Origin: Candidatus Brennerbacteria bacterium | Lineage (GTDB): Bacteria; Patescibacteriota; Minisyncoccia; UBA6257; GWB1-50-10 | Direction of reading: 5' to 3' | DNA length: 64,000 nt | Assembly (NCBI GenBank): GCA_043799565.1 | Contig: JAZDNP010000015.1 | Span: forward strand, 12,557-76,556 | In this document: positions 19,242-27,948 of the stretch, in pieces | How positions within the stretch are numbered: the stretch's first letter is position 1 | How the letters are laid out: every line of letters starts with the position of its first letter | The notes under the pieces: model-generated | Told to the model about the DNA's origin: nothing | What the model saw: the letters and a program-made list of their open reading frames with translations, nothing else | Databases searched by the model: none | Program-made: the position numbers and the translations under genes

Positions 19242-20893
19242 CGAGCGAAACTAAAATCTGCCAGAATTGTCATGGTTCCTTCACCATCGAACCGGACGAT
19301 TTTGGATTTTATCAAAGGTTGGACCTCCCCGCGCCTTTCCGTTGCCCGAAATGTGAGTGGCAATATCTCCTCGCGTTTTGGATTTTCGGTCGCTTCCGCA
19401 TCTCCGTATCAGCGTTGAGCGGAAAGCGTATTATTACCGCGCTTCCGGAAAGCGTACCCTTCCCAATTTACGAGCGCGATGAATTCGTTTCTGATGCGTG
19501 GGATCCGTTGTCGTATGGACGCGACCACGACCCTCGTCGACCTTTTCTCACACGGCTTCTTGAACTTCAAGCAAGTGTTCCTCATCCGCACCAAACCGGT
19601 ATCAAGAACGTGAATTGTGACTGGACCGATGACGTGTGGGAATCTCGGGACGCCTATCTTACACGTTCCGGACTGGGCATGGAATCCGTGAGCTACTGCT
19701 ATCGGGCATTCTACTGCAAGAATTCCATTGATCTTACTTATTGTTTCAATACCGAGCACTCTTACGACTGCCTTCATTGCTTCAATGGTTATGGCCTAAA
19801 GTACTCATTTAATTGCCGTGCCTGCATTAATAGCGCGTTTCTGTACGACTGTCGCAATTGCACGGATTGTTTCATGTGCTGGAATTTGCGGAACAAACAG
19901 TATCACATTCTCAATCAGCCATACTCGAAAGAAGATTACCTCGTCAAAATCAAGGAATTTGATGTTCGTTCGTATGCGGTTGTAGAGCAGTTGAGGAAAG
20001 AATTTTGGGAGCATATCCGCAACGATGCGACTCATCGTGCGGACTATAACTTTCTCAATTCCCGCTCAACCGGAAATTTTTTGACAGAGGACAAAAACTG
20101 TCACAAGTGCTACTTCCTCGATAAATCGGAAAATTGCCGTTATTGTTTCCGCGGGCTGGGGAGCAAGGACAATATCTATATTATGGGTTCTGTAGGAGAA
20201 AAATGTGGGCGTGGTTCCCTCGATCAATGGGGTTACGAGAATGTGTGCAATCTTTACACTTCATATTGTCGCTACAGCGCCTATTTGGATAATTGCGAGG
20301 AATGCGAACATTGTTTCGGCTGTGTCGGTCTTCGGAAGAGAAGTTATTGCGTTTTGAACAAGCAATATTCGAAAGAGCAATACGAGGAACTTGTTTTGCA
20401 TATTAAGTCGCAAATGAAGGCAACGAACGAATGGGGATTGTTTTTCCCGCTTGCCGGAGCTTACAGTGGGTACAATTATTCACTTGCCCATCTCATGTTC
20501 CCCAAGTTTCGCGAGGAGGCACTTGCCTTTGGCGCAAAGTGGGACGAACTACCGCACGACGGACATGTCGGAGTGCGAAGCGAAGATTTGCCAGACAGAA
20601 TCGACGGAGTTCAGGACGAACTTACCAAGCAGCGGATTATCTGCGCCGCAACGAAGCTGAGCTACAATATTGCGCCCCACGAGCTGCAATTCTATCGAGA
20701 ACACGGAGTTCCGCTGCCGCGCGAGCATTTCGACTGGCGGACCTTTAAACGCTTCAAACCGCTGGCGCTTATGGTAGATCTTCAAAGAGAGGAGTGTGTT
20801 TATTGTGGTAAGGAGATTGAACATTATTATTCTCCGGAGCTCGGCTTTCGGAAGGTCGCTTGCGTGGAATGCTACCAACAAAATTTCTCATGA
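19238..20893 (+). CDS. Cys-rich multi-zinc-ribbon protein, copy 4 of 10 (divergent copy)
   Basis: 551 aa. The first zinc ribbon is retained (CQNC...CPKCEW), the second ribbon has lost its cysteines, and the C-terminal module is replaced, ending CVYCGKEIEHYY...CVECYQQNFS. The ORF is intact. Confidence 0.75.
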   Translation: MTSETKICQNCHGSFTIEPDDFGFYQRLDLPAPFRCPKCEWQYLLAFWIFGRFRISVSALSGKRIITALPESVPFPIYERDEFVSDAWDPLSYGRDHDPRRPFLTRLLELQASVPHPHQTGIKNVNCDWTDDVWESRDAYLTRSGLGMESVSYCYRAFYCKNSIDLTYCFNTEHSYDCLHCFNGYGLKYSFNCRACINSAFLYDCRNCTDCFMCWNLRNKQYHILNQPYSKEDYLVKIKEFDVRSYAVVEQLRKEFWEHIRNDATHRADYNFLNSRSTGNFLTEDKNCHKCYFLDKSENCRYCFRGLGSKDNIYIMGSVGEKCGRGSLDQWGYENVCNLYTSYCRYSAYLDNCEECEHCFGCVGLRKRSYCVLNKQYSKEQYEELVLHIKSQMKATNEWGLFFPLAGAYSGYNYSLAHLMFPKFREEALAFGAKWDELPHDGHVGVRSEDLPDRIDGVQDELTKQRIICAATKLSYNIAPHELQFYREHGVPLPREHFDWRTFKRFKPLALMVDLQREECVYCGKEIEHYYSPELGFRKVACVECYQQNFS

Positions 20894-22629
20894 CAGAAAC
20901 AAGGCAGTGCCAGAATTGTCGAAACCCATTTGTCATCGAGCCGGATGATTTTGCGTTCTACGAGCGCATCAAGGTGCCGCCGCCGACGTGGTGTCCGGAG
21001 TGCCGAATGATACGGCGGATGGCGTTTCGGAGCGAGCGCCCCCTTTTTAAAGATTTCTGCGACCTTTGCAGGAAAGAGATAATTTCCATGTACGGACCGG
21101 AAAAGCCGTATAAAGTGTACTGCAACGCATGCTGGTTTTCGGACAAATGGGACGGGACAGAATATGGACGCGAGTATGATTTTTCGCGCCCGTTTTTCGC
21201 GCAATTCGCCGGTCTCCTGGCGGAAGTGCCAAGGATGGCGCTGGAGGCCTACCAGAACGAAAATTCCCCCTATTCAAATTTCACATGGATGTCCAAAAAT
21301 ATTTATCTTTCGCCCTCCTCGATGTTTTCCGAGAATATTCTGTTCACTTTCGGAGCTTGGTACAGCACGGATCTTGTGGATTGTTTCCGCACCCAAAACT
21401 CTTCGCTTGGCTATTATCTGGTTGAGTCCAACAAGTGTTCGTCGTCGCGCTATTTAACAGATTCGCTCGAGTGTCTTGATTCCGCATTCCTCTTTGATTG
21501 CAGGAATTGTAGGAATTGCTTTATGAGTAGCGGACTTCGAAATAAAACGTTTTATTTCCGCAATACCCAGCTTACGAGAGAGGAATATGAGAAGAAATTT
21601 GCGGAAATCGACATGGGAAGTTTTACGTCCACGCAGAAGCTTATCGCTGAATTCAACGAGCTTATGCTCCACACGATGCGGAAGTATGCCATATTGAGCA
21701 AAGTTGAAAATGTAACAGGCGATATGATTTTCAATTCAAAGAACGTGCACCGGGGTTTTAATGGTAAAGATAGCGAAAATTTGAAGTTTGTGGCGCACTT
21801 TGTGGAAGCAAAGGACTCCATGGACGCGCATGGCGTGGGACCGTCTGGGGAACTCATCTACGAAGTGGTCAATGGTGGTTATAAAGACCAGTCGGTCTTT
21901 TTCGTCACCCATACCTATGAAGGGATGAATTTGGTGTGGTATTGCGATTACTGCCGATTGTCGGGGAAAAATCTTTTCGGGTGCGCAGGTCTAAAACACA
22001 AGCAATACTGCATCCTGAACAAGCAATACACAAAGGAGGAATACGAGGAGCTGGTGCCCAAGATCATCAAGCACATGAACGACATGCCGTATGTGGATGA
22101 GAAGGGGAGAGTATATCGGTATGGAGAGTTTTTCCCGCCAGAGTTGAGCCCCTCGGCATACAACGAAACCATCGCCCAAGAGTACTTCCCCCTCACAAAA
22201 GAACAGGCTCTCTCGCGAGGGTATCGCTGGAGAGACCCCGACACCAAGGAGTACAAGGTGACCAAGCCCCCCCAGGGCCTCCCCGATCACATCAAGGATG
22301 TGGACGACTCAATCCTTCAAGAGACCATTGGTTGCGCCCATGAAGGTTTCTGCACCCACCAGTGCACCACCGCCTTCAAGGTCATCCCCGAAGAGCTCGC
22401 CTTCTACCGCAGAATGAACCTCCCCCTCCCCAGGCTCTGTCCCAACTGCAGACACTATGAACGTCTCTCGGAGCGGAACCCTATGAAGCTTTGGCACCGC
22501 CAATGCATGTGTGATAAGCCAAACCATCCCCACCACGGTCGTTGCCCCAACGAATTTGAGACGAGTTATGCGCCCGAAAGGCCGGAGACGATATATTGTG
22601 AACAGTGTTATAACGCCGAAGTCGCATGA
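20890..22629 (+). CDS. Cys-rich multi-zinc-ribbon protein, copy 5 of 10
   Basis: Begins MTETRQCQNCRNPF at the ATGA overlap. Its C-terminus ...LWHRQCMCDKPNHPHHGRCPNEFETSYAPERPETIYCEQCYNAEVA matches the copy 2 subtype. Confidence 0.8.
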   Translation: MTETRQCQNCRNPFVIEPDDFAFYERIKVPPPTWCPECRMIRRMAFRSERPLFKDFCDLCRKEIISMYGPEKPYKVYCNACWFSDKWDGTEYGREYDFSRPFFAQFAGLLAEVPRMALEAYQNENSPYSNFTWMSKNIYLSPSSMFSENILFTFGAWYSTDLVDCFRTQNSSLGYYLVESNKCSSSRYLTDSLECLDSAFLFDCRNCRNCFMSSGLRNKTFYFRNTQLTREEYEKKFAEIDMGSFTSTQKLIAEFNELMLHTMRKYAILSKVENVTGDMIFNSKNVHRGFNGKDSENLKFVAHFVEAKDSMDAHGVGPSGELIYEVVNGGYKDQSVFFVTHTYEGMNLVWYCDYCRLSGKNLFGCAGLKHKQYCILNKQYTKEEYEELVPKIIKHMNDMPYVDEKGRVYRYGEFFPPELSPSAYNETIAQEYFPLTKEQALSRGYRWRDPDTKEYKVTKPPQGLPDHIKDVDDSILQETIGCAHEGFCTHQCTTAFKVIPEELAFYRRMNLPLPRLCPNCRHYERLSERNPMKLWHRQCMCDKPNHPHHGRCPNEFETSYAPERPETIYCEQCYNAEVA

Positions 22630-24392
22630 ACTCTGAAACCAAAACCTGCCAAAATTGCCACAGCCCGTTCATCATTGAACCGGATGATTTCGCGTTCTAC
22701 GAGCGCATCAAAGTGCCGCCACCGACATTTTGCGCGGAATGCCGCGAAAAGCGGCGTATCGCATCCAGGAACGAACGCTCGCTCTACAGAAGGAAGTGCG
22801 ATATGTGCGGGAAGGAAGTGGTATCGCGAATTTCGCCCGACAAAACTTATCCGATGTATTGCAATAATTGTTGGTGGTCGGATAAGTGGGATGTGCTTTC
22901 CTACGGAAGGGATTTTGACGCCACAAAACCATTTTTCGCGCAGTATAAGGAGTTGCTCTATTTGGTTCCTCACGTTGCGATGTACAACAGCGCAGTGGTG
23001 AACAGCGATTGGGTGAACCAGGAAACCAACGACAAAAACTGCTATCTCAATGTCGGTGGTCACTACAACGAGAATTCCGCATACAACACCTATGAGGTTT
23101 ACGGAAAGGATTCTTTGGACTGTCACTGGCTTCTCAATAGCGAGTTCTGCTACGCCGCCATCAATTGTCACCGGTGTTATAAAGCTTTTTATTCCCAAGA
23201 TTGTTTTGACTGCCAGGACACATATTTTTCATACGATTGCAGGAATTGCACGAACATTCTTGGGTGCGCGGGACTTCGCAACAAGCAGAACTATATATTT
23301 AACAAACCGGTTTCCAAGGAGGAATTCGCGAAATTTTTAGAGGAGAACCCTCTCTCGTCCGCAAAGAACGTTGCCCGATTGGCGGCAGAAGCTCGGAAGA
23401 TAGGGAGTGGCATACCGCGGCGATTCAGCGCGGTTTTCAAGTCGGTGAATTGCAGTGGAAATAATCTCGTGGAGTCTAAGAACGCACACTACGTTTTTGA
23501 TGGGGGAACCATTGAGAATTCCAAATACCTTTTTATCACCGGATGGGTGAAAGACAGCTACGATATGACCTCGAGCGGCGGTTCGGAGTTGAGCTATGAA
23601 TGTTCGAGTGGGGGCGGAGGGTATAACGTGAAGTTTACCGCATATAGCATGTCGCCGAACCCGCTCGAAAAGATGCATTCCCGCGATTTGGAATACTGCT
23701 ACGCCACGGGAGATTGCGATAGTTGTTTTGGGTGCGTGGGTCTCCGGAGTAAAAAATATTGCATTTTGAACAAGCAATATTCCGAAGCGGACTATCAAAA
23801 GAAAGTTGCGGAAATACGGCAGCAGATGATGGCGGTGCCCTATGCGGACGGGATGGGAAGAGAATATCGCTATGGCGAGTTTTTCCCGTCAGAGCTCTCG
23901 CTTTTCGGGTATAACGAAAGCGCGGCGATGGACTACTATCCACTCACGCGCGACGAGGCCCTTGCGCAAGGTTATGTATGGAGCGATTACGAATCGGAAA
24001 CGAGCGTGGCATTCTCGGGCTATGAAATCCCCGACGACATCAAAGACGTGAAGGACGATGTGCTGGAAAAGGTTTTGGAGTGCGAGGTTTCGGGGAAACC
24101 GTACAAGATAATTCCGATGGAGCTCGCATTCTACCGACGCATGGGTTTGCCGCTTCCGCGCCGTGCACCGCTCCAGCGGCACAAGGACCGCACCGCAAAA
24201 CTTTTGCCGCGCAAGCTTTTTGACCGTGCGTGCGAGTGTGGAGGAAAAGCGTCCAACAAGGGCGGTTTTGCAAATACCACTCCGCATTTTCACGGTGACG
24301 GACACTGCCCGAACATAGTACAGACACCCTATGCGCCGGATCGACCGGAAATTGTATATTGCGAGCAATGCTATCAAACTGAAATTATATGA
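22626..24392 (+). CDS. Cys-rich multi-zinc-ribbon protein, copy 6 of 10
   Basis: 588 aa, MNSETKTCQNCHSPF...; two central CxxCxxC-F/L-GCxGLRxK modules; C-terminal CEVSGKPYKI subtype. Confidence 0.8.
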   Translation: MNSETKTCQNCHSPFIIEPDDFAFYERIKVPPPTFCAECREKRRIASRNERSLYRRKCDMCGKEVVSRISPDKTYPMYCNNCWWSDKWDVLSYGRDFDATKPFFAQYKELLYLVPHVAMYNSAVVNSDWVNQETNDKNCYLNVGGHYNENSAYNTYEVYGKDSLDCHWLLNSEFCYAAINCHRCYKAFYSQDCFDCQDTYFSYDCRNCTNILGCAGLRNKQNYIFNKPVSKEEFAKFLEENPLSSAKNVARLAAEARKIGSGIPRRFSAVFKSVNCSGNNLVESKNAHYVFDGGTIENSKYLFITGWVKDSYDMTSSGGSELSYECSSGGGGYNVKFTAYSMSPNPLEKMHSRDLEYCYATGDCDSCFGCVGLRSKKYCILNKQYSEADYQKKVAEIRQQMMAVPYADGMGREYRYGEFFPSELSLFGYNESAAMDYYPLTRDEALAQGYVWSDYESETSVAFSGYEIPDDIKDVKDDVLEKVLECEVSGKPYKIIPMELAFYRRMGLPLPRRAPLQRHKDRTAKLLPRKLFDRACECGGKASNKGGFANTTPHFHGDGHCPNIVQTPYAPDRPEIVYCEQCYQTEII

Positions 24393-26155
24393 CCCCCGAA
24401 ACGCGGCAGTGTCAGAACTGCAAGCAGAATTTCGTCATTGAACCGGACGATTTTGCGTTCTACGAGAAAATGAAGGTTCCTGCGCCGACTTTCTGCCCGG
24501 ATTGCCGCCGACAAAGACGTTTCGCGTGGCGTAATGAACGTACGCTCTATAAACGCGCGTGCGACATGTGCCGCAAAGATGTGATCGCGCTTTACCCGAA
24601 GGACTCGAAATTTCCGGTCTACTGCAACGCGTGTTGGTTTTCGGACAAATGGGATCCGCTCACATACGGAGCCGCATACGACCCCTCAAAGCCGTTTTTC
24701 CGGCAATTCAAGGAATTAAGTGAAAAAGTTCCGCGGCTTGCCATTTGGGTACAACAGTCCACAGATTCGGAATACACCAACCAATCATATTCGAATAAAA
24801 ACGTATATCTTTCCTTCGCGCTTCGAGATTCGGAAGATGTGGCGTATTGTTGCCGCGCGGTGGAGCTCAAGCAGTGCATTGACGATACCTACACTCATCA
24901 TTCGGAGCTTCTATATCAATGTGTTGATACCGACAAATCGTACCGGAGCCAGTTTCTCGAAGAAGCCGATGGATGCGTGGAAAGCGCATTTCTTTCCAAC
25001 GCGCGAAACTGCCAGAACTGTTTCGGGGGAGCGAATCTTCGGTCCGCGTCCAACGTATTTTTTGGCGAGGCGCTCAGCAAAGAGGCGTACGAAGAAAAAT
25101 TGGCGGGCATAGACAAAGGAAGCAGGAAAGTGCTTGAAGAGCTGAAAAAGAAGCTTGCCGAGCTGAAAAAGCGGAGCATTTTCCGTTTTGCCACACTCAC
25201 GAATGCCACCAACGTGACCGGAAACCATCTTTCCAATGCGAAAAATTGCCATTTTGTTTTTGACGGGTTCGAGCTTGAAAATGCCCGCTATTCCTCATGG
25301 GTCTTTACGAGCAAGGAAATATCCGACTGCTACGGCATGGGCGGGAGCGAGTTCATCTACGAGGGGATTGGCGTGGAAGAGGTGAATAACATCAAATTCG
25401 CGACGGTGACCGACAGTTCACACCATGTGGAATATACCGACATGTGCTCCGCTTCATCCAATCTTTTCGGGTGTGTGGGCCTGAGAAACAAAGAGTATTA
25501 CATTCTGAATAAACCATACGCCAAAGAAGAATACGAGAAGAAAGTGGCGGAAATTATCGCCCACATGAATGCGTCACCCTACACAGACAAGAGGGGGAGG
25601 GTATACAGGTACGGGGAATTTTTCCCCGCGGAGCTTTCTCCCTTCGCATACAACGAAACGGTGGCGCAGGAAAACTATCCGTTGAAAAAAGAAGATGCGG
25701 AAGCGCAGGGGTACTTCTGGAGAGAGCCCGAGGCGCACCAATATGCAACAACGCTTACTGCGGAAAACGTGCCGGACAACATAAAGGAAGTTTCGGATTC
25801 AATAACCAACGAGACGATCCAGTGCGCTCATGAAGGCAAGTGTAATGACCAGTGTTCCACCGCGTTCCGCATCACCCCGCTTGAATTACGGCTCCATCGA
25901 GCGCTGAACATGCCATTGCCCCAACTTTGCCCCAACTGCCGGCATTATGAGCGGCTTGCCCAGCGGAATCCCTTGAAGCTTTGGCGCCGGAAATGCCAAT
26001 GTGCGGGCGGAAAGTCCGAGGATGGCGTTTATACGAATACCGCCGTGCATTCGCACAAAGATGGGCGTTGCATAAATGAATTTGAAACAAGCTACGCCCC
26101 CGAAAGGCCGGAGACGATATATTGCGAACAGTGTTATAACGCCGAAGTGATATGA
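24389..26155 (+). CDS. Cys-rich multi-zinc-ribbon protein, copy 7 of 10
   Basis: 588 aa, MTPETRQCQNCKQNF...; C-terminal GCAHEGKCNDQC...LPQLCPNCRHYERLAQRNPLKLWRRKCQCAGG subtype. Confidence 0.8.
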   Translation: MTPETRQCQNCKQNFVIEPDDFAFYEKMKVPAPTFCPDCRRQRRFAWRNERTLYKRACDMCRKDVIALYPKDSKFPVYCNACWFSDKWDPLTYGAAYDPSKPFFRQFKELSEKVPRLAIWVQQSTDSEYTNQSYSNKNVYLSFALRDSEDVAYCCRAVELKQCIDDTYTHHSELLYQCVDTDKSYRSQFLEEADGCVESAFLSNARNCQNCFGGANLRSASNVFFGEALSKEAYEEKLAGIDKGSRKVLEELKKKLAELKKRSIFRFATLTNATNVTGNHLSNAKNCHFVFDGFELENARYSSWVFTSKEISDCYGMGGSEFIYEGIGVEEVNNIKFATVTDSSHHVEYTDMCSASSNLFGCVGLRNKEYYILNKPYAKEEYEKKVAEIIAHMNASPYTDKRGRVYRYGEFFPAELSPFAYNETVAQENYPLKKEDAEAQGYFWREPEAHQYATTLTAENVPDNIKEVSDSITNETIQCAHEGKCNDQCSTAFRITPLELRLHRALNMPLPQLCPNCRHYERLAQRNPLKLWRRKCQCAGGKSEDGVYTNTAVHSHKDGRCINEFETSYAPERPETIYCEQCYNAEVI

Positions 26156-27948
26156 CGAACGAGACAAAGACTTGCCAAAATTGTAAACAGAACTTCGTCA
26201 TTGAACCGGACGACTTTGCGTTCTACGAGAAAATGAAGGTTCCTGCGCCGACGTTCTGTCCCGATTGCCGTCGGCAGAGACGGATGGCCTTTCGGAACGA
26301 GCGAATATTCTACAAACGATCTTGCAATGTGCCTGGGCACACCGAGGAAATAGTATCCACATTTTCTCCAGACAAGTCCGTTACGGTTTATGACGACCGA
26401 TATTGGTGGAGCGATGCATGGAACCCTACGGACTATGGGCGACCGTATGATTTTTCGCGCCCGTTCTTCGAACAGTACAAAGAACTTTTGCGCCGAGTAC
26501 CGCTCATCAATCTTTCCATCACTAATATGGTAAATTGCAGTTATTGCAACGTGTCAGAAGGCGACAAAGATTCATTTTTCATCTCCGGCTCCGAGAGGAA
26601 TGAGAACGTGTCGTACGCGAACCGGGTAGTGTTCAGTAAGGATTCACAGGATCTCTATATCGCGAACGCGTGCGAATTGAGCTACGAGCTTGTAAGTTGC
26701 AACAAGTGTTACCGCGTCTTTTTCAGTAGAAACTGCAGTGATTGCTCGGAGTCGGCATTTTTATGGAACTGCACCAACTGTAGCCACTGTTTTGGATGCA
26801 CAAATCTTCGAAACAAGTCATATCACTTTTTCAATACGCCGCTCTCCAAGGAAGAATTCGAGAAAAAAATGCGCGAGGTGGGTCTTGGAAATTTTGCGGT
26901 GGTTGAGCAATATAGAAAGAAGCTTCGTGGACTCGCCGAGAAATCGCTCCACCGATTCGCGAACATCTTAAAAAGTGTGGAAGTAACCGGTGATAATATC
27001 GCCTTCTCTAAAAACATAAAACAGAGTTTTGACATGGTCGGGAATCCCGCTGCGGAAGACGGCAAGTATCTCACTTGGGGCGGTATGGGAGTGAAAGACG
27101 TATGGGATGCCGGGCCAGGGGTAGGTGTTTCGCTTGAGCGGGCATATGAGGTAACTGATGTCGGCATCCAATCAAACAGTTGTTTCTTTGCGAGTGTGGT
27201 ATACGGTTCCTATGACGTGTACTACAGCATCAACTGTCACGGGTCGCGCCACCTCTTCGGGTGTTACGGTCTTCGCAGCAAGGAGTACTGTATTTTGAAC
27301 AAAGAATATTCAAAAGAAGAGTACGAAGCCCTCGTGCCGAAGATCATTTCTCATATGAACGAGGTTCCCTACGCGGACAAGAAAGAGAGGATGTATCGGT
27401 ACGGCGAGTTTTTCCCGATGGAAATTTCTCCTTACGCCTATAACGAGGTTATTGCACAGGAATACTACCCACTCACAAAAGAACAAGCGCTCGCGAAGGG
27501 GTACGAGTGGAAAGACCAAGACGCGAAGGGGCACCAGATTACCATAGGGTCCGCGGACCTTCCGGACGATATTAAGGATGTTTCGGACAATATCCTGAAA
27601 GAGACGATAGGGTGTGCAGATGGAGGAATATGTAATCATCAGTGCGCGCTTGCGTTCAAAATAATGCCGCAGGAACTCACGTTCTATCAGAAAATGGGAT
27701 TGTCGCTTCCCCGTCACTGCTATAACTGCCGCCACTATGAGCGTTTGGCGCAGAGAAATCCCCTGAAACTGTGGCACCGGAAGTGCCAGTGCGCAGGGGG
27801 AAAAGCAGAGAACGGCACTTACGCAAATACCGTTTCCCATACGCACCACGGCACCGGCCACTGCACAAACGAATTTGAAACGACCTATGCTCCCGACCGC
27901 CCGGAAGTCGTGTATTGCGAGCAATGTTATCAGGCCGAAGTGGTATGA
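26152..27948 (+). CDS. Cys-rich multi-zinc-ribbon protein, copy 8 of 10 (CN-x-PGH subtype)
   Basis: 598 aa. The second zinc ribbon is replaced by CNVPGHTEE...YDDRYWWSDAWNP. The C-terminus has GCADGGICNHQC...CYNCRHYERLAQRNPLKLWHRKCQCAGG. Confidence 0.8.
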   Translation: MTNETKTCQNCKQNFVIEPDDFAFYEKMKVPAPTFCPDCRRQRRMAFRNERIFYKRSCNVPGHTEEIVSTFSPDKSVTVYDDRYWWSDAWNPTDYGRPYDFSRPFFEQYKELLRRVPLINLSITNMVNCSYCNVSEGDKDSFFISGSERNENVSYANRVVFSKDSQDLYIANACELSYELVSCNKCYRVFFSRNCSDCSESAFLWNCTNCSHCFGCTNLRNKSYHFFNTPLSKEEFEKKMREVGLGNFAVVEQYRKKLRGLAEKSLHRFANILKSVEVTGDNIAFSKNIKQSFDMVGNPAAEDGKYLTWGGMGVKDVWDAGPGVGVSLERAYEVTDVGIQSNSCFFASVVYGSYDVYYSINCHGSRHLFGCYGLRSKEYCILNKEYSKEEYEALVPKIISHMNEVPYADKKERMYRYGEFFPMEISPYAYNEVIAQEYYPLTKEQALAKGYEWKDQDAKGHQITIGSADLPDDIKDVSDNILKETIGCADGGICNHQCALAFKIMPQELTFYQKMGLSLPRHCYNCRHYERLAQRNPLKLWHRKCQCAGGKAENGTYANTVSHTHHGTGHCTNEFETTYAPDRPEVVYCEQCYQAEVV

